Source: Macrostomum lignano (taxonomy: Eukaryota). Taken from it: a stretch of DNA of 64,000 nt. Location: positions 1 to 64,000 of the forward strand of contig NIVC01003576.1 of assembly GCA_002269645.1 (NCBI GenBank). Direction: 5' to 3'. The notes beneath the pieces are model-generated. The model saw nothing but the letters and a program-made list of their open reading frames with translations, did not search any database and was not told the DNA's origin. The translations under genes were made by a program, and so were the position numbers. Shown piece after piece: positions 38,442 to 52,369 of this stretch. The first letter of the stretch is position 1. Each line of letters opens with the position of its first letter.

Positions 38442-40926
38442 CAGCCTGTTAAAAATTCAAAGCACTCACTAGTCAAGGATTTAAGTTGAATAAAATCCCG
38501 CGATAAGCATGCAGTGCTTGAGAGCCTTCAATTTAGCAAAAATTGGCTTCGCTTGGCAAAAGGAGTAATTCGCGTTCACCTGCAAAACCGGAGCCTCGGG
38601 CGGACCCAGCTGGTTCGGCTTTTATCTACGCGGTCGAGCAGCCTATTATGGAAGCGAATTGAATTTGCGTGCCGCCGCGTTAACAATTGCGATCGGATCG
38701 GGTCTCCCTAGAGAGCAAGATGTGGAATTTTGTATAGGGGATCGGAGGAGAGACAAAGATAAAGGGAGAAAGGCAAAAAGATGGAGATTGCCCAAAAGCA
38801 GACTTTTTAAAGGTTTGAAGGCTAGTGTGTGCTATTTTTCTGAGCCAAAAAATATGCGCATTGCAGCATACCAAAAATCTTCTTCACGCTGTCATTTATA
38901 GAGAAGATACGTTTCATGGACTCAATTATTCCGCTTCAGCAACCGAATAGAGGCAGCGCTATTATATCATTTCCTGTTCAAGCAATGCAAGACAATACAC
39001 ACTGTATATGCGTAGAATAGGATTTGCTGAGAGGAAAAATTTTACGAAGCAGATGCATGATAAGCTGCGCATGTCACACACTCTCTGTGACAGCTGATTC
39101 TGGTTCGCATAAAATTGCAGCGTTAAGTGGAAAATATCGACAGCAAAACTATTTAACGTGTAGAGTTTAAAGTACAGAGGTACGCTTACAATATCATATG
39201 ACTATTTTGGGTAGCATAACCTATACACGTATACACATGTACACCATTTGAGATCGCCCGCAAGGTCCACAAAAATTCAATGGAATTTTACATCAACTAT
39301 ATATGCTGCAAGGTTTTTACATGGTATTGATAGGAATGAATTAAACTGCATGCTTACAGCCCGAATTCCCATGCTTTTTGGCACATTAGATGCGCTATAA
39401 GCTTTGTATACATGCACGTACATGTAACAGCATGATGGCAAAGATTATATTCAATAAGTAACGTCGTCAATTGTGTCACCCAATGGGACATTCAATTATT
39501 TTATTGAAGCCTGACTTGCGGGAGATTACATTTGTTTTCGAATTTTTTTACCATGAAATAGTTGAGTTATAAATTTTATATTAAAAAAGAGCTTTTTATT
39601 GATTGAGAGTTTTGATTTCTTGTGAACAGTGCAGTGAACTCCAGCCATCTTTTAATATTAGTCGGGGCAGTTGTGTGTTAATTGGTATGCAGTTTTTAGT
39701 AGTAATTTTAATAGCTTTGATACTACAACTGTATTTACGAAGTTTTGTAGCGATACACACATGAATGACTGCTGTTAACGTGCAGTTATATAGTAGTTGC
39801 ACAATTTACCGGATTTTGTAAAATGGTAAAACAAAAATATATACCTTTGCCTAATACTTAATCTTTAAGAATCCTACAAAGCATATTTTTTAGCTCACGT
39901 TCTTGTTAAAAAAAAGTGAAGTAACCTGTAATTGGCTGGCTCTTTGTATTGACTAAGAACCTAGGAAACCAACTTTGTAGTTTACTTGAACTGAACTATT
40001 TTCATAGAAAAGGGAAAAGTTTTGGTTTATATTGGTTGAAGATCGTTGATCAACAAAAAGTTTGATTTATCGCTACGTCTCAATGCTTCAATAATTTGCT
40101 CTGGAACTTTTATTACTTCTTGACGCATGTCTCAGCTTTTGAAATGACATCTTAGACACATGATTCCCTTTTGTATTTCCCGAGATATTTGCTTCCAAAA
40201 TGTGTTTGTAAGGGGTGCCAATGAATTCGTCTTTTGACACATTTTGCATTCATCCCAATTTTTTTTTCTTTGGGAAAGAAAATTTCTGCTTACAAATTTT
40301 TAAAGCTAAGTATGGCGTCAGAGTAAGGAATGCATCCCGAAACATGAATTCATTTTTTGTTTGAATTATCTGCCCGAAGAAAAAAATATCTGTCGGGGTG
40401 AATATCTGTCGGGGAACCCACACATCAGATAGATAGATAGATAGATAGATAGGTAGGTAGGTAGATAGATAGATAGATAGCATCATGCCCATTCTACAAA
40501 AATCTCGAATCTTGTAATAACGAGTTTAATAATACTTTTAACGAGACATTGATTGCGTGAGAAGGTCCTAGCTACTAGTAAAGGAAAATGATACATAATG
40601 CCGAGACATGGCCATGGCTGGCTGGTTAGCTTAGCTAGTAGTAGTAGTAGTCCTGGTCCTGACTGACTGTTTTAAGTACAAACTACAACTACAAAGAAAG
40701 ACAAGTAGACAAGCCCTGTATTGCATATTACCATTATTGGATTTGCGATCGAGTGGTACTTAATAGGCTTATGTATTATGCACTGCATTTTAACATTAGT
40801 TGTTTTAGTCCATATTTCACTATTTTAGCCAAAGACTAAAGAGGTAACTTTTGCAGAATCCAGATGGCTGTCCAGTGCAACTAAAAAATTGGTTCAATGT
40901 AGTGCACTAAGGCTCAAATTTCTACA

Positions 40927-41213
40927 GCAATAGCTAGAGTTCTAGCACCTGAACCCATTTTCTAAAAGCTATAGATCTGGTATACCAGTAGTGCAATTTA
41001 TGGGTACGCCCATAATATAGCTGAAACATTTTACTTTTTTAATAGCTGGTTGATAGTGAGATTTTGTTAAGATAAGATCAAAACAAAATGAAAAGATTCA
41101 AAACAATATACTTCTAATGTTCAAAGACTACATTAGTAGATAATTGCCTGCTGAATACTGCTGGATCCATAGCCATTAGAAAATGGGTTCCAGTGCCAGA
41201 ACTCTAGCCATTG
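40927..41213. mobile_element. MITE-like element with ~50-bp imperfect inverted repeats
   Basis: GCTAGAGTTCTAGCACCTGAACCCATTTTCTAA (40933-) pairs with TTAGAAAATGGGTTCCAGTGCCAGAACTCTAGC (-41208). Confidence 0.55.
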
Positions 41214-43507
41214 CCAATTTCTGCAGCAAAGAAAAAGAGGGCTGGTTTTGCAGTTTTTGTATTTAGCCTAGCTTTTTTAAAGAGCTTATATGGTTTGATA
41301 TGATTTCTTTTATTTTATATTATTTTATTATTTGGCTATAATGCAAGGATTAAAATAATCTCAATTGAAGTTAATTGATAATAAACAATAATTAATACTA
41401 AAATCAGTTCTAAAATCAGAAAAAACAACTTGAACATTAACATTTTAAACTGTGTATTATTTAAGGCCATGGATAGCGGGAACTTGCAGCACTGGGACAT
41501 GTGGGTAATAGTCTACTTTGGTAACAACCATTTTGGTAACAGCCACTTTGGTAACAAAAAATGACTACATAAATTGATAACAGCCACACTTCGATAACAA
41601 GTGAGAATAATATAGTATGTAGGCCCCTATTAATTTATATGCTTCAAAAGAATGTGCAAACAAACTTTAAAGAAAGAACAACAAAACACATGCATACCTG
41701 AATGTGTTTAACTTGTTTAAAAGTATTTTTATTTCCACATGAGTCAGATAAATGTACCAAACAAGACATCTTGTAATTGACCAAATATTGTGTACCATGT
41801 ACATTAAAATCTCTGATCTAGTTAGCAAATAGTGACTTAAAATTATAGAATCTACTTTTTTTTCATTAATTATTTTAAAAAAAAATTTCAATTTCAATGC
41901 ATGCATATGAGCACTCACTTTTAGTAGTAGTAGTAGTAAGTTTGGCTCAGGCATTTAATAATAATTCAAGAGTTTAATTTTCTTTGCCTTTAAATTTTTC
42001 ATAAAGTTAATGTGCAAGTTTAAATAAAATATAATACAGTTTTACTAAAAAGTTTAGCAATATGTGGCAATAAGATATTTGAGATGTTAATTATTGAACT
42101 AATTATTGCCAAATCTAATTATCATAAAAATAATGTGTTGATAGTTGTAAATATGCTTTGATACCAAAGTAGCCGTTACTGAAATCAATATTCAAGTTGA
42201 AAAATATATATGGTTTCTTTTTTGATTTTCCAAAAAATAGAGATCACAAGTTCACACCTTATATGCCATTTTAGACTCCAGATAGTATACATGTATGCCA
42301 GAAAATTCTAGCATATAGAGGGACCTGGTGTACCCCCAGGGGTAAAGAAGCTTGGTGTACAGAGATTGCCAAGACAGTAGTTGGGACCAATTGTTCTTAG
42401 TCCCGACCAATAGACACAGTTGGCATATAAAAATGATCAAGTTAAAGTTAGGCATAGTCTCCATATGCATAAATGGAGTAGCTAATTTTTGATAAGAAAG
42501 AAAATATTTTTTTCAAAATTAATGGAAAACTAAATCAAAAATGGTGTCTAACTTATCAAGAAATTAAAAGTAAAACAAAAATTATTGAAAATTTGGTTTC
42601 TTGCAGCTACGTAAAACTATAAGATAAGTTTTTATTTCTTTTTGCAAATATTAAAAAATTGCAAGTCTAAAATATAATTTGTATTATTTTGTTTCTGTCT
42701 TGGCCTATTTTTGTCTGTTGGTGTACATTGGCATTTGGTGTACAGGAGCTAAAGAAGCAAATTTCATTCTGGCATACACTGGTATATAAATCTGATACTG
42801 GATGTTATTAATTAGTATATTTTGCATTAATTTATATCTTTATCTAATTGGAGATTGTGCCTAGGGGGGTCTCTAGGTATTGTAGATAGGGCATATGTTG
42901 TAATAAATAGTGCATAGGCACAAAGTTTGGTTTGGTAATATTATATGCCAGAGTACCCTTGATAGTTTTGGTATGCATTGTAACATCATTAGAGTCAAAA
43001 AGAATCTAGGCTTTAACTATTTGTATATTGTATATCTATAATTTGTAAAGCAAAATGATTGAAATTTATTTATTCAATAAGAAATAGAAAGTATTATTAG
43101 TTTCAGGTGTGTTGCCACTAGGGGGGGGGGGGGAAACAGAGGCGGACATGTCCCTCCCAGTAAAAGCTATGGGGGGGACATGCCAATGCTTTTGCCCTCC
43201 CCCCACGCCACCTTTGTGACCTGTTGTGGTAATCAATAATTTTTCTTCAGGGCGCCAAATTATAGCGCCTTTGGTGCCAAAATGAGCGCTGACAACACGA
43301 TTCTTAAAATAATGGAAATGTAGGAATTTACTCATGTACATGTACATGTTAAATTCTTGGCTCTGTCCCCCATACCATACCATAAAATCCATGGCGACGC
43401 CCTTGATTAGTTTTAAAATGTTATTTGCTATATGACACACTTGATTTATTGCACTAAATTAATAACTAATATTTGTTAAACTGCATGCTAGACAAGCCGC
43501 ACAAAGC

Positions 43508-45529
43508 ATGGTAGTAATCCACATTAAGAAAGGCGATCAGAGCCAGTTCCTATTTGAAACCACAGTGGCCCAGCCTGTGGACGATTTCATTGCTCAAGCT
43601 GTCCAGGTGTACAATGGTCGACTAAAAATTGGTCGAATTTGCGACGAAATTAGCGAGTTGGAGAAGCACGGCTTGACTTTGCCGCCGAACATGCAGGGCC
43701 TCACAGATGAGCAGGTGACCGAATTGAAACTGCGCGACGAATGGGGCGAAAAGTGCACACCCAGCGGGGGGTTCGTTGAGAGCCGCGATCCCATTGGGCG
43801 ACGGAACGGCCGGGCTCCAACTGAGAATATTGTTCAGGTGAGAATCTGGGGTGGAGCTGCTTGCTCAGGCTACAGGCCGCAAATCTTATATTCAATTGTA
43901 AAGTTTCCAGAGCTTGTGAACCTTCTGGGGACATTGTTAATTGACTGTCAGTGACATTTGACTGTCAGTGACATTTGACTGCCAGTGACATTTTACTGTC
44001 AGTGACATTTGACAGTCAGTGACATTTTGACTGTCAGTGACATTTGACTGCCAGTGACATTTTGACTGCCTGTGACATTTGACTTTCAGTAACATTTGAC
44101 TGTCAGTGACATTTTGACTGCCTGTGACATTTGACTGTCAGTGACATTTGACTGCCAGTGACATTTGACTGCCAGTGACATTTGACTGCCAGTGACATTT
44201 TGACTGTCAGTGACATTTGACTGCCAGTGACATTTTGACTGCCTGTGACATTTGACTGCCAGTGACATTTGACTGTCAGTGACATTTTACTGTCAGTGAC
44301 ATTTGACTGTCAGTGACATTTTACTGTCAGTGACAGTTAAAAAAACACAGAAACCGTAAAAGTTTTCAATTTTTATGTTTGAAAAGGGATCAACTTGATT
44401 GTAAAACCATTACGAAAACAAACCCGCAGGTGCTGTCCAAGACTCGCAAAGAGGCGCGGCAGATGATCAGCAAAGATCTGGTTGCTGCTGGCCAGGCTGT
44501 CAACATGGCCCGCATCCAGGAGGCCTTGCAAATCCTCAGCGGCGCCATGACCATCGCCTACCCAATGGGACTGCCGCCGCACGAGCCAATCAGAATGGAG
44601 CTGCAGAACGAGGAGGATCTCTCTGGGACGCAGGTATGTACTCGTAGCTGCGTTTTGGAGAGACAGGGCAAGTCTCATTGAGATATGGATTAGTCTCATT
44701 GAGATATGGACTAGTCTCATTGAGATATGGACAAGTGTCATTGAGATATGGGCAAGTCTCATTGAGACATGGACTAGTCTCATTGAGATATGAACTAGTC
44801 TTATTGAGATATGGACTAGTCTAATTGAGATATGGACTAGTCTCATTGAGATATGGATTAGTCTCATTGAGATATGGACTAGTCTCATTAAGATATGAAC
44901 TAGTCTCATTGAGATATGGATTAGTCTCATTGAGATATGGACTAGTCTCATTGAGATATGGGTAAATCTCATAGAGATTGGTTTAATGGGGCTCGTATCT
45001 CAAAGAGAAATAGCGCAAGTCTCATAGAGAGACTAAATCTCATAGAGATTTATGTATTACACCTCATATCAGTTGAGGCAAGTCTCATAGAAATTTGGGA
45101 AAAGTTTCAAGCATCAAAAATATTTTATCAAATCTCATAGAATACAGGACATGTTTTTACCCGTCATTCCATCATGCCGCGCCATCGCAGGCGAGTCTGG
45201 GGGTGATCCCACCCGGCGACGCCTCCGCGTGGTTCTCCGGCAAGGAGATGCAGGCTGGCAAACTGCTTAGCGACTATCTTGGCCGCAACGAGAAGTGCAA
45301 AGCCATCGTCAAGTTGGCTAAGCGTGGCCAGGGTCCGCCGGCCCGCGAGCCGGTCGTCTCCGAGCAGGAGCAGAAAGAGATGATGGCATTCTATTATCGC
45401 AAACAGCAGGAAGCTAAAAAGCTGGAGGAGAGTCGAGACGATTCCTACATGGACAGCGAGTGGGCGGACAGCCAGCAGCTTAGGCGGGCTTTTCACGGGC
45501 TGTCCGACATCAAATGGGGACCAAAGTGA
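43508..45529 (+). CDS. CFAP298: Cilia- and flagella-associated protein 298 (C21orf59/kurly); exons 43508-43837, 44430-44633, 45191-45529; 290 aa
   Basis: Recognisable sequence includes MVVIHIKKGDQSQFLFETT, YNGRLKI, HGLTLPPNMQGLTDEQV, DPIGRRNGRAP, AYPMGLPPHEPIR, LSDYLGRNEKCK and YYRKQQE...SEWAD...FHGLSDIKWGP. Both introns are phase-0 GT-AG. Confidence 0.95.
43950..44335 (+). repeat. 17-18 bp minisatellite (TGACTGTCAGTGACATT) in CFAP298 intron 1
   Basis: Direct tandem copies. Confidence 0.93.
44670..44960 (+). repeat. 21-bp minisatellite (TAGTCTCATTGAGATATGGAC) in CFAP298 intron 2
   Basis: Direct tandem copies. Confidence 0.93.
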
Positions 45530-48500
45530 TTCAAGTTCTTTGCTAATTAAATATCTTTGATGTCTTGACTAATGAACACAGCAGTATGACACATTCCGTC
45601 CAAAACACCATTAATTCATTGGTTATTTATTTGTACCAACAACGTAACTGTATAACGCAACGTAACTTAAATAAATGATCACTGCACTCGATCTCTGCCG
45701 TGCTTCAAAAGGTCTTGTACTCGTCATTTAAGTCTCACATGAAAAGAAAGTTTGACTTCATTTATATTTTTTGTTTACTGCATTTTTTAGTTTGATATAA
45801 ACCGTCGATCTCTTTTTCGCACCGCGCTTGCATTCCTAAGAATCCCACGATCTATACTTAACATACTTAAGGTTAAATATTCGATCTACTTCTAATCAGG
45901 TTAACTTAGGAAACGCTTCCCCTAATTTACTTGCCTACTGGCTCGTAGGGCTTAGATCGTCTACACGTAAATGAGCCAAGGACCATTGTATAATATATAC
46001 AACATGTTAATGTCCCGTCATATATAGTGGTCCTTGGTATGCGCACCAGTATTTCATGAAAATTACGCCCAAAGCAATATTTTTCTCTCTTTGTTTATAA
46101 GTCAAGAAAAAGAAGTAACTATGCTGAGATATTTAAAATAGCGCTGTTTAAACTTACATACATTTCCAAGAAAAACACGCCTTTTGGCGCGCATTTCAAA
46201 TTGATAGAGGCTTGCTCTGAAAGTTCTATAGCGGCATAGCGCACTATCTGACATCCTCGACGTATAATTTGGTATATCATATATGATCGAACTCGTATAC
46301 GGGTTATGTATAAATGGCTGCTGATTGTATTCAGTAGCAAATTTGGGGGGGGGCGCAAACTTCTTAATCTAGGCCCTATCAAAATCATGGATTGCCATGT
46401 TACATTCCCGATGCCCATCGAATATAGCCTGGCTATTCCAGTTTAATAGATTTTTTAATTTTAGCTAAGCCTAGGCGTAGGGGCCACAGCTAGGGCCAGG
46501 CGGGTAGGTCTATATCTGTAAATTTTCTATAGTAAAGCTAGTTGGCTATATTTTTAATTTTAACATCTTAAGCATCCGTAAAAAAGAAAAAGGACTAGCT
46601 TTGCATGTTTGGCAATGGCCTACTTAACTTATTCTTTTTATAGCCCAAATAGTAATTAGTAGGCCTAGCCTATAGTTTGTTTGATAGCAAGGCATCATCT
46701 AATTATGAATATATTGCTTTTTCTAGGCCCTTTGTGGGCTATGTCCTATGACTTGTCAATGTCAATAGTTCTAACATTGCTAGTAGTTGTGGTACTGTAT
46801 AGCACCTCCAGTTAGAATTAGGAAGGGAAATGATTATTAACCAGTCATTTCGCCTTTAAACTGTTTTGGCCATAAACATTTTGCCCCTAGACCATTTTAC
46901 CCATAGACTGTTTTGCCCATAGGCCATTTTGGCCATGGACTATTTCGCCTTTGAGTCAATTATACTTAGTTTGGCTAAGGTAGCAATAAATGCCCAAATT
47001 TGCAAAAATTCGACAGATCTTATTCTTTTAGTATTTCTGGTATTACCAAAACCCTTTCTTTTTCTCTTACCCTTTGATTAAAATGGCTTATGCCTTATAT
47101 GCTTGTGAAAGGAAAGACTTTCTTAGAAAATAACTTGTAATAATTCATAACCACAATAGACACAAAGATACAATTTAATAATTAACTTGTATTATACCAA
47201 CAATTCATATTTTATTAGGGTGTCTAGCAAGCCTATTTTTAGCATATGTGCAAAACCGAAAAACGGTAAAAAAGTGGTCTTCTTTAAATGTCTGTAACTT
47301 TTTAAATATTTGAGATATGACCACGTTCTTATATTCATTGAAAAGAAGGCAAACAGATGTTTCAAACGACATATAGTTTACATGTTTAGGACATACGATT
47401 ACAAAGATACAGCCTGTCAAACATCGTGTACATTTTTGTACATTTTCAAAACTGTGCCAAATTTGCTTGAAAATATGGGATCGGGAGGATTCGTTTTTTA
47501 GTAAATGAGTGCATAACTGCTAAGAATGCTTGCACACTGAGTGTAGGTAACTTCCTGGGGGTCATTTTAAGGGAACTTTTTTTGTTCAAAAATATGTACA
47601 TGTACATGTACATGTAAAATTTAAAATGGCCATAACTTTTGAATGGAAAGAGCGGCCACCCTAATTCTTTTTGCTACTTACTTCTAGGGATAAAATGAAA
47701 CTTTTAGGCAAGACAAGATGAGTATAACTCTTGCCGCAGTATGCTTAACAGAAATCGTCAAAATGCATGCAACTCCCCATAAGAGACATTAAAATTGGGA
47801 AATTTTCGAAGCTCGAAAGAATGGCCAGTTAGTTTCTTCGATAAAATGATAGCAAAACAGGCCAAAATCTTTGTCCTAAAGGCACATACTGATAACTTTT
47901 GCCGCACCAAAGTTATTAAGCATAATTGGCACAGGTGTACATGCAAAATACACTACAGAGATAGGAAAAATGTACATTGAGGGGCTGTATATTCGAAAAG
48001 AAGTCATGCATGCAATTTTTCTTTAAAAAGGGATAGCAGGACTTACGATATACTATATCTTTTATGCATTTCTCACTAATCCATCTTTTATTTGCAGATC
48101 TTGCAGATGCCAGACATGCTGCGCCTATACAGTATCTGCTATGAGTGCATGACAAGCTCATGGGTGAAGCTTTCTACACAGTCGCCTCTGATCATTCCAG
48201 CTGGGCCCGAAGATTGCGCGCAGCTTCTCGAAGGCCTGCATTGGTGCCCTCTTCTCTGAAGGGGACCAGGCAACAGCAGCAGCAAAGGTTGGCAAACTGG
48301 CGTGCTAGAAGTTGACTCTGGCTCAGTTGCAGCTGGGACCACAGCAGGAAAGACAAGTGCCTGGCCCATGTAGATGGCCCAGGCCCCCAGACTCTGCTTG
48401 CCAGCAGCTTCCTCGCGCACCTTTGACCTCTACAGGTCCCGCACCTTTTTCACTTTTGTTACTGCCTCCACAGGTTACAAAGTGCGTCTAGTTTAGTGTC

Positions 48501-48778
48501 TGCAGGCAGACTAAGACATTCTGCCAAGCTAATTAAAAATATTAAAGCACTAAAGTGAAGCAGTTGAGTAGAGGCTGAACTGACTAAAAGGGTTCTCAGC
48601 CAATTCGGCTGCTGGGAGACAACTGACTGGGGATGAAAACGGGAGCAGACGAATCGACTGTCATACTCTCATACATGTGCATGTACATACTACATATACA
48701 ATGTAATCACGCTGTGTATTGCTCTAAAGATTGTTAGATTGGCTACGAACAAGTCACAATTCACCAATCACCAACATG

Positions 48779-49030
48779 GTGTCCCATCTCAGCAAACTGT
48801 TGTTGCGCAGTTGGTGACTCCAGTCTCCAGCTGCCAGGCCATGTCATCCAAGCCGGTTCGTACCGCCCGCAGCTGGTGCAGATGCTGCTGATGCTGCAGA
48901 CACCTTAATACTGGAGAGGAAAGGCACGCACACGGGTTTTGTTGACTGCCTGCTGGCTGATTCCAGCACCCTGGACACTGCCGATGGCGACCTACATTCA
49001 TGTCAAGGACCTGAAACCCACCCTGTAACA
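48779..49030 (+). mobile_element. 3' fragment of a second RTE-like copy related to 13310-14560
   Basis: It reads GHVIQAGSYRPQLVQ...ARTRVFVDCLLAD, against GHIIRTESYCPEPVQ...ARTRRFVDCLLAD in the first copy. The 19-mer GTTGACTGCCTGCTGGCTG is shared. Confidence 0.75.
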
Positions 49031-50434
49031 TTGTCTCATGCTTGACTGGCTTGATTGTAGTAGCTACAGTTGTAGTACTGTAGTAGACTCATAGTACGAT
49101 GAGAAGGCCAGCACAGCAGATGAAATATTTGCTGACGAGCTGCACTGACTGCAGATGAATTTGGTAGCAGACAAATTGATTGGATTACCACGAACAGCTA
49201 TCGCGCAGAAAAGTGAACACAGTGAACAAGTAAATGAATCAAATGATGCAGATAAACTGTAAATCTATATTCGATCAATTGCTGAATTTGGGCATGGTCT
49301 CTTCAAACATGAAAGTACATGATTTAGTAACATATTACTTAATACAGTATCGATTCATTACAGCTGCTAAATGGACTACAAAAATATTTTGAATGACTCC
49401 AGCATAAAGATAGTTAAGATTAATATTGACACAAGCTACATAGATTTTTAGACAACATAGACATCCAGAATGGTACTTTGGAAGACCCGTTTTCATAGAA
49501 ATAATAGTCAATCATTTAAATACTACTTACAGTAGGAAGTAAAAAATCTTACTAATTATAGTATACAAGTATTACTTTGACATGGAAGTAATATCAAATA
49601 AGGTAAATAGAAACTATACCATCAAAAAGCCAAAGAATGGTACTCCAGAAAAAAATTTTTCTTCACCTTTTTTGTCCTAATCCCCAGATATCTGCATGTA
49701 TAGAACAGTATATATATAGAAAAAATATCAGAAAACGTTGTAGCAACAAAAATCTACAAAATAAAACATAAAACACTAAAATTGGTTATAAAATAAGAAA
49801 GTTACAGACATTTTACTGCACAAAACATGCTTTTTGCCTAAAAATGGCACAGTTTTTAGTGTATTTGAGATAGGGAAAAAACACCATTTTTTTAAACGAA
49901 AAACTCCATAACTTTTTTATTACTTGATCAATTTTCAAAAGTTTGGTGTCATTTCACTCATAACATCCAGGACTACAACATGGCATGATTAAAAATTTGG
50001 ATTTCGAAAAAAAAATTTTCTCACTGGACCCCCTATATATAGTCATTAAAATGTATAAAAAACAAAACTTTCATTTATTAGATAAAGCAGAAAATTCTCT
50101 AGGTTTTTAAAGTCTTCTATGAAATGAAGAAGTACTTAAAGTATGTAATGATATCATAGCACTGTAGCTAAAACTTGAACTTAAGTTGTTTTTCATCAAT
50201 CAATAGTCTTTTTATACCTTTGCACATATAACATGGCTTCTAGAAACTATAGTCTTATTTTCACAAACTGTAAGAACTTTCTATTTTATCTAATACCATT
50301 TTAATAGTTTAAAAGCTTTTAAATAAGCTAAAAATAGTTCCTTAAGTGGACAAAAAACATTGAGAAAAGAGTTTAACAAACAAGTCAAGACAAATGCCAA
50401 TATATTATAGCTCATATTATAGTAGGCTTTTTTA

Positions 50435-51430
50435 TGAGGGGTGTCCAAAAAGTAGTGATACTTTTAACCGTAGCTCTTGTTCTATAGCTTCCTGTGATTT
50501 AAAATTTTATTAACTGATAGCGGCAAATCTTTTCTACAGACTGCTTTTTGATTTTTTAAAATTGATACCAGAGAACAAAAGTTATACCCACAAAAGTATC
50601 AGTACCTGTACCATAGAGTTACACAAACTATAGGCCTATCAAAATTTATGATAGTCGACTTCTGCACTTATTCATTAAGAAGGCATAGATAAATGTCTTG
50701 TTTAAGCAATACCAAAGCCCAATTGCAAAATGATGCTCACTGTGACTGACTGAAATTTGTTTATGGACAGAATCATGCGCAGAAAAATAAAGCATTAAAT
50801 TCATTACTTTACTTGCAAACAGAGGAGCTTGCATTTTGCAATTGATTTCATTGCCCATATTCGACAATACACATGGATGTGCACTCAGTTGTTGCTCAGC
50901 AAAGTACTATCTTCACTCTTTGGGGTGCTGGCCATAGTGCCTCAGAAATTCATGCAAAACTGCTCTGCGCATGGATCCTCTGTGGTCAGCAAAATGACAG
51001 TTTATTGATGGATGGAGCAGTTCAGCAAGGGAAGGACTGACTTGGCAGATCAGCATCGGATGGGGGCCGGGGCAGCCATATGTTCATCAACCTGATGTAC
51101 TGGCAGACTCCATTCTGAATCTTCTTGATGAGGACTCCCGAATGACCATTAGAGAGATTGCTGACAGGTTGGACAAGCCGAAATCAACAATTCATCGAAG
51201 CTTACTCGGCATGGATCTCGTGAAGCTCAGCCTATAATTTGTGTAACTCTATGATACAGGTACTGTTACTTTCATGGGTATAACTTTTGTTCTCTGGTAT
51301 CAATTTTAAAAATTCAAAAATCAGTCTGTAGAAGAAATTTGCCGCTATCAGTTCATAAAATTTTAAATCACAGGAAGCTATAGAACGAGAGCTACAGTTG
51401 AAAGTATCACTACTTTTTGGACACCCCTCA
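50435..51430 (+). mobile_element. Mariner-family deletion derivative with ~200-bp terminal inverted repeats, TA flanks and a pseudogenised transposase N-terminus (50873-51230)
   Basis: The ends are ta|TGAGGGGTGTCCAAAAAGT and ACTTTTTGGACACCCCTCA|ta. The TIRs span 50435-50635 and 51230-51430. The HTH remnants read SASEIHAKL..VSKMTVY*WMEQFSKGRTDLAD and DEDSRMTIREIADRLDKPKSTIHR. Confidence 0.88.
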
Positions 51431-51728
51431 TAGATGATAAAAAAGAAAAAGAAAAAATATTTATTGAAATATTTATAAGCTATTATTACCTTCTATAAAA
51501 GTATAAAAAGTATTTCATTCATTTTATTTTTAAAGAAATTTTGTCTATTTGAATTTTAAAATTTTCAATAATATTGGACTAGGCCAATTGCCATTGGATT
51601 ATTGGGAAAAATTATATTGGAAGTTACTAGAGTCTAATAGCAATGACTTGATTTAGCCACAAGGGGCTTTGTGTATCCAGATATAGCAAGGTATTGCTAG
51701 CTATTTTGCAATATAATATTATGTATCA

Positions 51729-51834
51729 GATTAAACATGCCTTTTGAGGGAGTTATTTGTATAAATCACGAGGGCCTGAGGCCTGAGGCCCAAGGGATTT
51801 ATGAAAATAACTCCCGAAAAAGGCATGTGTAATC
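51729..51834. other. Palindromic element with 39-bp imperfect stem and GAGGGCCTGAGGCCTGAGGCCC core
   Basis: 51729-51767 is the reverse complement of 51796-51834, with a few mismatches. Confidence 0.7.
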
Positions 51835-52305
51835 TCGTATAAACCATAGACATAAAGACTTGACGGGATATTATTGAATATTATTATTGAATATACCAAA
51901 TAAAATCCCGGGGAACGCAAATATTGTCACCGAAAGTCTTTATTTCTATGGATTATTTAAAAATATTGGTTTTTAGTATTCTAATATCTAAAAGATATCA
52001 CTAATAGTATCAAAGTATTGGATTTGTGCCCAACCAACACTATATAATATATTTAATTCTGCAAGTTTCCTTGTACTTGCAAATAATTTCTAAATTTATT
52101 ATGATTTATGATTAATATTTCTAAGTTTATTATGATTTTTAAACTTCCATTTGAACTATTTATCTACTAGTGGATAAATATTCTACTACCCATTAGATGG
52201 TCACCCCCTTGCAAATTTTAGAATTAGACCAATATATTCATACATGCGCAACCCCCCTGATTTACACTGGCCATGCAACTTACCTGTAAAAAAACCCTAA
52301 CTTTT

Positions 52306-52369
52306 GGGTAAACGGCAGGAGTAACTATGACTGTCTTATAAAGGCTAAATGCCTCGTCATCTAATTAGT
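52306..52369 (+). pseudogene. 64-nt 28S rRNA fragment spanning the R2/I-PpoI target site, inside a 20-bp inverted repeat
   Basis: The window reads GGGTAAACGGCAGGAGTAACTATGACTGTCTTATAAAGGCTAAATGCCTCGTCATCTAATTAGT. The conserved 28S sequence is GGGTAAACGGCGGGAGTAACTATGACTCTCTTAAGGTAGCCAAATGCCTCGTCATCTAATTAGT (56/64 identical ungapped; reference recalled from memory). Confidence 0.85.

Noticed and set aside
42290-42785. Possible MITE (GTATGCCAGAA...TTCTGGCATAC)
   Set aside because: The arms are short and degenerate, and boundaries could not be fixed.
48100-48480. GC-richer stretch with short ORFs
   Set aside because: All frames are interrupted and no motif is recognisable; it is probably decayed TE sequence.
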